A stretch of 32,000 bases of DNA, from the NCBI GenBank assembly GCA_002763085.1, contig PFCY01000067.1:1-32000 (forward strand). The letters run 5' to 3'. Below the pieces are notes generated by a model. The model did no database searches, was not told where the DNA came from, and saw only the letters and a list, made by a program, of their open reading frames with translations. This DNA comes from Candidatus Pacearchaeota archaeon CG10_big_fil_rev_8_21_14_0_10_32_14. GTDB lineage: Archaea; Nanobdellota; Nanobdellia; Pacearchaeales; GW2011-AR1. The position numbers were made by a program, and so were the translations under genes. Shown here one piece after another: positions 17,201 through 23,246 of this stretch (position 1 is the first letter of the stretch; every line of letters starts with the position of its first letter).

Positions 17201-18231
17201 TCAGATTCACTTCCGCAAGTATCAACTTTACTTACAACTGTATTCCAATAAGTCGGATCATCTTTTCTTGCTTCATCATAAATGTTTCCAACATTTCCGC
17301 AACTGTCTAAAAAATAAATTTCATCTCTTCCATCAACACATGTTGTGTCAGTTGTTTTTTCACATATTGTATTTAATTCTTCATTTGAACAGAGTTTACC
17401 TTGATATGAGGTTCCGCCATCTAATACACATTGTCGCGCCGATATAAACCTACACCTGTTTCCCTCTTCTTCTTCGACGGTAAATACACATGCCCCCTTC
17501 TCTTCAGTTTCAGCTTGGGCTAAACATTCATATTCTGTTTTTATATCTGATCTAAACGGATCTCCATTATATCTATCTCCAGCCATATATCTGCATGCCT
17601 GTTCCGTCGTAAAGATCGCTTCATCTCCTAAAACACAACATCCTTTGACACACGCATTATCCGGAATTTGTAGATCTATACAGCTCTCATCTCCGGGATT
17701 ATCAGCCACAAATCTAACATTATCTCCATGACATTCTCCAAGAGTTGACATTGGACTGCAAGTTCCAAAGTGATCATCTATGCAACATCCAACTCTGCAT
17801 CTTGCATCATTTTCGCACAATGTCGGCGAAATTGGCGAACTCGAACTGCAAATTCTTGAAACCTCTGTGCTGAGTATGTCCTGACAAATCGCTCCACTGT
17901 TTGTTAACGCGCAGCAATTCATCATCGGCTCACCAGTCAATTCTATATCATTTGATGGAGGTGTCAACGTGTTTCCAGGAATTAAATTATCACTATCACT
18001 TTGTGCAGAAACACTTGGAATTAAATCAGCTTCATTTATTGCAAAATTAATTATTTTTGAGAAAATATTTTCTCCATCTGTTTCTATGATTATTCCATCA
18101 TTCAACACTGATTCAGATTCATGAATAGTATAAGCAAAAGCAAAAGTTGCAATTATTAAAATTGAAATTTCTAAAAATACTAAAAAGTGTTTATTATATC
18201 CCATTATCCAATTCCGGGAGGGATTCCACAT
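14212..18231 (-). CDS. G1: giant Cys-rich surface protein (1339 aa; 1330 aa if it starts at Met10, nt 18204). It is a fusion-equivalent of G2a + G2b.
   Basis: N-terminal TM FLVFLEISILIIATFAFAYTI. Cys-rich domain at residues ~104-606. Gly/Ala-rich hydrophobic block at ~664-822. Cys motif at 836-884. Four Ig-like repeats extend to the C-terminus. The Met10 ATG shares one base with the P1 stop (TAATG). Confidence 0.8.
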   Translation of the reverse strand: MWNPSRNWIMGYNKHFLVFLEISILIIATFAFAYTIHESESVLNDGIIIETDGENIFSKIINFAINEADLIPSVSAQSDSDNLIPGNTLTPPSNDIELTGEPMMNCCALTNSGAICQDILSTEVSRICSSSSPISPTLCENDARCRVGCCIDDHFGTCSPMSTLGECHGDNVRFVADNPGDESCIDLQIPDNACVKGCCVLGDEAIFTTEQACRYMAGDRYNGDPFRSDIKTEYECLAQAETEEKGACVFTVEEEEGNRCRFISARQCVLDGGTSYQGKLCSNEELNTICEKTTDTTCVDGRDEIYFLDSCGNVGNIYDEARKDDPTYWNTVVSKVDTCGSESENGNAESNSCGNCNRFLGSRCGESSSGTLQCLNMNCPSSEQTGNRYRKNGESWCVYDGAIGEGRDTPGSRHWKRICIDGKVKIEPCQDYRGQICVQSEIESENGDEFSVSSCKLNEAIECLSYNSRDGVEDSDESRASGVSSMIQDCNSNEDCFVKTVDAADKFKFDMCVPKYPRGFDLAPDQRTLSQDLCSLASRTCIAVKVKEIHFRNGRPRIRWVWKANKACTEAGFADKMNDLCMSIGDCGASVNYVGDLSQSYSISRSPGLTSEYLNKISEYDEVIEGLYAKPKDINQILNATGTPLRDSDGNELDQNNKTLALLRQIGLYAGGIGTVASVIGFLGVGSSTAGAGAAASSPIYAMTFNPGLQAAGSPVPYSMTAINGATPATAVSAGGFMAAFSGIGTGATVGFFVAKIFGLEGQAAMAVVAGGMIAGGISGFIGANLFGGGAGFLAGGLGVALTALIWAVVVAVIVAVIMRIIGIGETKQIPVEFKCLAWQPPVGGDKCGECNVDSEMYPCSKYRCESLGTACRIVNDDTKDARCEEINANDHSPPFIKSGVVDEGYRFEDEVENEHVKVRRDDGACIPEFTNVEFTLTTDEVAQCKLSTVSGTQYEEMEFTDIDTTLYLFNHTLDIKMPSLSSLDVRDLEGDIRDRIGATKFYIKCQDIQGNINTRDYLVDFCVEEGPDLTPPRITSIYPQDGAQLNHNTQNVTLIVNLNEPAECKYELASVGNVPYDEMSFGLNCSEFVDEVSSLGYSCYTTLNGLTRGENSYFIKCRDQPWLDYEEYTPKPGESRNTNDGYSYTLNIVENLLQIEVVKPKGEIVSGYTPQILVDLELRTTGGGNNGVSSCAFSQSGVDTGMIEFFNTLASTHTQRGLQYLEGNHQLFFKCRDTAGEVAYANTTFSVRIDDEPPKVVRVLYRNGLEIITDEEAACSYTNNRCDFNLGDDTVNRMTNVFDTKHSAPWNSGITYFIKCKDVFGNINGDCAIKVYPEASYN

Positions 18232-18986
18232 CCCCTTACCGCAAATACAAATTCTTCATTTGTCGTTTTATGTTTAATTGAATAAATTGTAGAACTATCC
18301 TCTGCTCTGAATTTTTCTATATCATAATCAGGATACAAAACCATATAGCCAGTCTGCTCAAAATTACAAAACCAAGATTCTTGACTGATAATTTCTTGAA
18401 CAACGCTTGAAAGATCATAAAATTTAGACATCTTCACGACCTTGATGTTCTCAAGTTTTCGTTTTTCTCCATCTTTACTTATGACGAATTCATTATTTAT
18501 TTTTAGAATTACCCTGTCAGGAACTAGTTCAACATCAAAACTCAAATCATCGACTGAAATGTCGGCTGTAAAATCTTCTTTCTCAAGCTCATCATTAAGT
18601 TTAAGAAAACAATTTTTCAATTCTTCTTCAATATCATCATGAATTTCATTCTGAAGATGTCTTAGTAAAAGTGGCTCTTGATTTATGCACCTCTGATAAT
18701 TGTTTATATTGTAGCATAAGTAGGCAACATCCTTTCCCCCATAATTTATTGTTAAATTGCTTTCAGCATATCCTCCTTGCGAAGAAATTTTGTTCAGCGA
18801 TGCCGTCAAATCATCTTCTAAACATAGATCAACATAAGTTTCTGGATCAAAATTTGTTTTCTTTGAAATTTGGGGTTTTATATCACCCCTTAAAAGTAAA
18901 AATAATAAAATCAAGACAACGATTAAAACTCCTATTATTACAAACATCGTTACCTGACTTCTTTTATTTTTAGCATAATATTTCAT
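18204..18986 (-). CDS. P1: pilin-like protein with class-III-type signal peptide (260 aa), paralog of P2
   Basis: KNKRSQVTMFVIIGVLIVVLILLFLLL. Full-length similarity to the 264-aa ORF. The start forms an ATGA overlap with the RHH gene's stop. Confidence 0.6.
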   Translation of the reverse strand: MKYYAKNKRSQVTMFVIIGVLIVVLILLFLLLRGDIKPQISKKTNFDPETYVDLCLEDDLTASLNKISSQGGYAESNLTINYGGKDVAYLCYNINNYQRCINQEPLLLRHLQNEIHDDIEEELKNCFLKLNDELEKEDFTADISVDDLSFDVELVPDRVILKINNEFVISKDGEKRKLENIKVVKMSKFYDLSSVVQEIISQESWFCNFEQTGYMVLYPDYDIEKFRAEDSSTIYSIKHKTTNEEFVFAVRGCGIPPGIG

Positions 18987-19135
18987 TTTTTCCTTTTCAT
19001 TTCTTCATACAGTAATTTAATTGCCTCTTCAATTGCATGAGATTTATTTCTGTAATATGAATTCTTCATTATTTCATCCAGAAGTTTTTCAGTTTTCTCA
19101 TCAATAGTCGCCGATACTCTTGATTTTTCAGCCAT
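18983..19135 (-). CDS. Ribbon-helix-helix (CopG/Arc/MetJ-like) DNA-binding protein, 50 aa; not in the supplied ORF track
   Basis: Hand translation: MAEKSRVSATIDEKTEKLLDEIMKNSYYRNKSHAIEEAIKLLYEEMKRKK. It has the RHH layout: an N-terminal beta-strand (RVSATID) followed by two helices. GAGG lies 5 nt upstream of the ATG, and the TGA overlaps the ATG of P1. Confidence 0.6.
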   Translation of the reverse strand: MAEKSRVSATIDEKTEKLLDEIMKNSYYRNKSHAIEEAIKLLYEEMKRKK

Positions 19136-19163
19136 TTTCCTCTTTTAATTGTAATACAAAATA

Positions 19164-19220
19164 TATTTAGTAATAACAAATATATTTTATAACACTAAGT
19201 TTACTATGTATTACTAAATA
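19164..19220 (-). promoter_or_regulatory. 12-bp perfect inverted repeat (tatttagtaata at 19164..19175, tattactaaata at 19209..19220) flanking a TATA-like box (about 19183..19192). Candidate operator/promoter of the RHH-led array.
   Basis: The arms are exact reverse complements separated by 33 bp. On the minus strand, TTATAAAATA lies between them, about 50 nt upstream of the RHH ATG. Confidence 0.3.
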
Positions 19221-19267
19221 ATATATTAAATTCAACTATAAAAATGTTTTCATAAAAAATCTTAGAA

Positions 19268-19675
19268 TTAAATTTGAGTTTTTCCTGCTAAATATAATTC
19301 GACATCAACTCCAAGACCTGCAAGTTGAATTAGATTGGGTTTTCTGGCAGGAAGCATATGGGCTTCATTAGCTGTATAATCGACAAGCGGTCCAATGTTT
19401 AGTCCAGCAAGTTGAATATCATTTAATGGTCCTTCTCCTCTTAACATCTTAGCCTCGTGCGCCATATTACAAAAAGGATCCCAATTCCATCGGTTAGCTT
19501 GCAACTCTTTTATCCGTGTTTCATCCTCAGGATGTTCTTGAAGATATTTTTCCTTTTCATCCCGCCCACCTCTTATCAAATCACATAAATAGGAAGTATG
19601 CTCTCTTTCTTCTCTCCCTACTTCAACAGAATCTTTTATCGCCTCATAAAATGTTTCCAAGAATTCATTGCCCAT
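19268..19675 (-). CDS. Hypothetical soluble protein (135 aa) with an internal N(D/L)IQLAGL repeat
   Basis: ORF only; no family recognised. Confidence 0.4.
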   Translation of the reverse strand: MGNEFLETFYEAIKDSVEVGREEREHTSYLCDLIRGGRDEKEKYLQEHPEDETRIKELQANRWNWDPFCNMAHEAKMLRGEGPLNDIQLAGLNIGPLVDYTANEAHMLPARKPNLIQLAGLGVDVELYLAGKTQI

Positions 19676-19728
19676 TACTCATAATGTTCGTTGAAGTTTA
19701 AATAGTTTTATGTAATCCACAAAAGAAA

Positions 19729-19980
19729 TTATTTTTTAACTGATTGAGGATATTCATCTCTTAGAATCTTCAATAAGTCTTCTTTTATTTGATTTCCTGA
19801 TTTATTTCTAAACCCACGGCCTTCAGAACCTTCATATTCGTAATAACCTCTGGAAAATCCGCTCATATATATTTCAATAACTTTTTCTTCATATTCGCGG
19901 GCTATATCTCCAATTTTGACTATGTCTTTTGAAACAAGTCTCAAGAATTCTTTATACGCCTTTTCATCTTCTTCATTCAT
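19729..19980 (-). CDS. Hypothetical small soluble protein (83 aa)
   Basis: ORF only; no family recognised. Confidence 0.35.
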   Translation of the reverse strand: MNEEDEKAYKEFLRLVSKDIVKIGDIAREYEEKVIEIYMSGFSRGYYEYEGSEGRGFRNKSGNQIKEDLLKILRDEYPQSVKK

Positions 19981-20040
19981 TGAAAAGTTTATTTTTTTAA
20001 GTTAATAAATAAAATTATTGTCTAATATATACTCTTTAAT

Positions 20041-20778
20041 TTAATCCTCAGTCTCAACTCTCGGCGCTAAAATAAATGTCAATTCCATCTTTTCGCCTTT
20101 ATAGTCAATCCTCAAAGGATGTTCGCTAGCGAATTGCAGAATTGTTTTTTCAACAAGCTTTGCTCCTTTCATAAATTTTTGTAAATATTCTAAACTATAT
20201 CTTGCCTTGCAGTTTTCAGCTTCCATCTTAACTTCGTCTCCGCTAAATTCACTTCTTGCAGAATTCAAACTTTTTGCTTCTACAATAAATTTCCCATCTT
20301 GGACTATAAAAGAACATGCATCACTTACAACATTACAATCATCTACCGCATCAATTATATCTACCGAATTTATTTCAACTTTTGCAGAAAATTCAAGATT
20401 CGGGACTTGCTTCTCTTCAGTATCGACTTCGATCAAAACTAAAGTAAAATTTCTTATAATTCTGTCGTGGATGCTTATCTCAAGTATATTGCTATTTTCT
20501 TTTTTTTCAAGAACCAGAATACTTTTACTGCCGCATCTCCTCAAAATAGCTTTTAAATTATCTAAATTGACACCAAGCGCTTCCTCTTTTACTTCAGCAA
20601 TATATTGTGAAAAAGCAGACTTTGGAATTTTGAAACTCACAAGTGAAACGTTCGCCGGATCCATAGCTGTTATTGAAAGCCCATATTCACTAAACCGAAT
20701 TTTAACTTCAGTTACAAGTTCACTTATGAGTTCTATACTTCTTGAAAGAAGCGCCGGATTTTCAAACTTAACTAACAT
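20041..20778 (-). CDS. pcn: DNA polymerase sliding clamp (PCNA)
   Basis: 245 aa. The N-terminus (F..a..l...ie.is.lv.E....f...Gl.i.amD...V.lv) and the two-domain length are typical of archaeal PCNA. Confidence 0.9.
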   Translation of the reverse strand: MLVKFENPALLSRSIELISELVTEVKIRFSEYGLSITAMDPANVSLVSFKIPKSAFSQYIAEVKEEALGVNLDNLKAILRRCGSKSILVLEKKENSNILEISIHDRIIRNFTLVLIEVDTEEKQVPNLEFSAKVEINSVDIIDAVDDCNVVSDACSFIVQDGKFIVEAKSLNSARSEFSGDEVKMEAENCKARYSLEYLQKFMKGAKLVEKTILQFASEHPLRIDYKGEKMELTFILAPRVETED

Positions 20779-20913
20779 TTTACAAAAACTTCTATATATC
20801 CTATTTTTTAAGTATTATTGTAGTCAAAATGGCTTAAATAAGCCACATACTCACTATCTTTATTTTTAACAATTTATTTAAACTTATCCATCAAACATCT
20901 CACGTAAAAGAGC

Positions 20914-22251
20914 ATGGAACAAAACAATTCTTATAAAAGTCAAAATGAAAGCGAAGAGGTTTCACAAAAAGAAAAAAGAGTTAGAAATCTGACAGCTTTG
21001 TATTATTCTCGCCCGGAAATCCAAAAAGCGATGTATGAATTTTCCAAAAATCGAGAAATCGCTCCAAGGTTCTTTGAGGGATTTGGAAAAAGACCGGACG
21101 TTCTTCAGTATTACTCTGACATTTTTTCTCTTTCACAAAAAGGGGCGACATCATTTCATTGTAGCGAAGAATTATGGAGTGATCCACTTCAGATTGTAAC
21201 TGGGATGAACGAAAAACAAGCAAACGAGCTTAGGATTGGATGGGATTTATTGATTGATATTGATTCAAAATATATTGATTACAGTAAAGTCTGTGCAAAG
21301 ATAATAATAAAATTCTTGGAATTTCAGGGAATAAAAAATATCGGAATAAAATTTTCAGGGAGTAAGGGATTTCATATAATAGTGCCATGGAAAGCATTTC
21401 CAAAAATTGTTTTCGGTCAAAAGTCTTCAGAGATGTTTCCAGAGTGGCCAAGGATAATTTCAAGATATATTACTGAAAGAGTAAAAGATGGATTAGTAAA
21501 AGAACTTTCAAAACTAACGATAGGACCGACTTCAGCATATATAAAAGACCAAACCGTCTCACAACTTGTAATGCCAGATATAATTCTCGTCTCATCCAGA
21601 CATTTATTCCGTATGCCATATTCCCTCCACGAAAAGACCGCTTTAGCAAGTATTGTTCTCGATAAAGATAAAATAATGGATTTTGATGTCCAAGATGCAA
21701 ATCCACTCAAAGTCACAAAAGAAAAGATTTATCCATTTAATCCAGAAAATACGAAAGATGGCGAGGCCTCCCGTCTTTTAATGCAAGCACTCGATTGGTA
21801 TAAAGATCAAAACATAAACGAAGACACACAAACGCAATCATCAAGAAACTTCGACTTCAAACCGATAAAACTTGAAAAAATTTCCGACGAGTTTTTTCCC
21901 CCTTCAATAAAACAGATTCTTCAGGGCGTACAAGATGGTCGCAAGCGCGCATTATTTATTTTGATAAATTTATTTAGGTCCATAGGGATGGAAAAAGATG
22001 AACTTGAAAAAAGAATTTACGATTGGAACAATAAAAATGAAGTCCAGCTTAAAACAGGTTACATAAAATCTCAATTAATGTGGTCTTACAGAAATAAGAT
22101 TGTTCCCCCCCCAAATTTTGACAAATATTATTATCAAGGCATAGGCGTCATTCCGACACCCGAAGAAATACGACTAAGAAATCCTATTAATTACGTCCTT
22201 AAAAAATCAGAAATGCAAAATCAAAATCAAAATAAAGTTAAGAAAAAATAA
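20914..22251 (+). CDS. priS: Archaeo-eukaryotic DNA primase: PriS-type catalytic domain fused to a PriL-C-terminal-like helical domain
   Basis: AEP motifs are present: WDLLIDIDSK (DxD), KFSGSKGFHIIVPW (sGxGfH) and SSRHLFRMPYSLHEKT. The C-terminal FFPPSIKQILQGVQDGRKRALFILINLFRSIGMEKDELEKRIYDW resembles the FPPC(M/I)..L...GR....L..FL...G motif of PriL/Pri2, but with Ser in place of Cys. Confidence 0.8.
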   Translation: MEQNNSYKSQNESEEVSQKEKRVRNLTALYYSRPEIQKAMYEFSKNREIAPRFFEGFGKRPDVLQYYSDIFSLSQKGATSFHCSEELWSDPLQIVTGMNEKQANELRIGWDLLIDIDSKYIDYSKVCAKIIIKFLEFQGIKNIGIKFSGSKGFHIIVPWKAFPKIVFGQKSSEMFPEWPRIISRYITERVKDGLVKELSKLTIGPTSAYIKDQTVSQLVMPDIILVSSRHLFRMPYSLHEKTALASIVLDKDKIMDFDVQDANPLKVTKEKIYPFNPENTKDGEASRLLMQALDWYKDQNINEDTQTQSSRNFDFKPIKLEKISDEFFPPSIKQILQGVQDGRKRALFILINLFRSIGMEKDELEKRIYDWNNKNEVQLKTGYIKSQLMWSYRNKIVPPPNFDKYYYQGIGVIPTPEEIRLRNPINYVLKKSEMQNQNQNKVKKK

Positions 22252-22257
22252 TTGTTA

Positions 22258-22408
22258 TTAATCACAGGCTTCATCCCAAATTAAATTTTTTTGTGAGATT
22301 TTGTTTGTAATTTACTTGCCCACCCAAATTGAGTCCCACCCTAATACCAAACAAAATCTTTATTAAAATAAATTAATTTTTGTAATATGGGATGAAGCCT
22401 TAATCACA
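22258..22408. mobile_element. MITE-like element. The 133-bp body (22267..22399) has 12-bp perfect terminal inverted repeats (ggcttcatccca / tgggatgaagcc), flanked by the 9-bp direct repeat ttaatcaca (22258..22266 and 22400..22408).
   Basis: All repeats were verified base by base. A second internal 12-bp stem is formed by agattttgtttg (22296..22307) and caaacaaaatct (22348..22359). The element has no ORF and sits in the primase-downstream intergenic region. Confidence 0.5.
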
Positions 22409-22443
22409 TAAAATTTTATAAACCCTATTTCATTTTTTTATCC

Positions 22444-23190
22444 ATGAAAAAGAAGGTGAAGAAGTTTCTTATCTTATCTGTTCTCGGACTTCTACTTGTT
22501 AATCTGACTTTTATTAGTGCAACGATTTTAGTTTTGAAGTACGGAAGAGTAACACTTAATCCTGGAGAAAAGTATACCGTTAATATTCCTTTTTTGGGGT
22601 TGTCTAAATCATCACAAATTTGCGGAACAGCTCAAACAACTTCAGGAAAAGAATTGAGTGGAGTAACCATCAACGTATACTATAAAGGAGAAAATAATAT
22701 TTTAAGAACTGCAACAACTGATTCCCAAGGCGAGTATTGTTTAACTCTCCCCGAAGTCAAAACAAAAAAAGAATATGATATCAATATTTCTTTTGATAAT
22801 GTAACTCAATCTGGAGAAGATATAAAATTAGGTAGCAATAATTATACTCTAGAATTTGATGATCATGATACTTTCAGTAAAACTTCAGACAAATTTGTGA
22901 CCTTAAAAGGTAGAATTTACAATGAAAACGCATTGATAGAAAACGGTCGATTCGAGGCTAGTGTAAGATATTATCCATCAAACGGTTCTTCTAAGCAAGT
23001 TCAGGCTTCTCACACATATTACGTTAATATTGATCCCGAACAAGTTTACGAATTTCCTAATGATGAAATGAATGTGACTTGGACAATCCCGTCTGATGCT
23101 CAAACTGGTGAATATAGATTTTTGATGAAAACTTCTTTTAACGGAAAAGAACGAAGTAGTTTGTACTCGTATTTCACATTAACAGAATAA
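22444..23190 (+). CDS. Secreted or membrane-anchored protein with a carboxypeptidase-regulatory-like (beta-sandwich) segment
   Basis: N-terminal signal/TM (KKFLILSVLGLLLVNLTFISA). The pattern CGTAQTTSGKELSGVTINVY...TATTDSQGEYCLTLP is typical of CarboxypepD_reg-like domains. Confidence 0.5.
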   Translation: MKKKVKKFLILSVLGLLLVNLTFISATILVLKYGRVTLNPGEKYTVNIPFLGLSKSSQICGTAQTTSGKELSGVTINVYYKGENNILRTATTDSQGEYCLTLPEVKTKKEYDINISFDNVTQSGEDIKLGSNNYTLEFDDHDTFSKTSDKFVTLKGRIYNENALIENGRFEASVRYYPSNGSSKQVQASHTYYVNIDPEQVYEFPNDEMNVTWTIPSDAQTGEYRFLMKTSFNGKERSSLYSYFTLTE

Positions 23191-23246
23191 TTTATTCAAA
23201 ATCTTATCATAACAAATTTTAAAAACAACAAATAACTGTATCTATC

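Noticed and set aside
20207-20869. 220-aa plus-strand ORF
   Set aside because: It is entirely antisense to the confidently identified PCNA gene, and its Ser/Leu/Ile-rich composition is low-complexity. It is a shadow ORF.
21230-21716. Minus-strand ORFs (77-99 aa) inside the primase gene
   Set aside because: They are antisense to a gene that carries all the AEP catalytic motifs.
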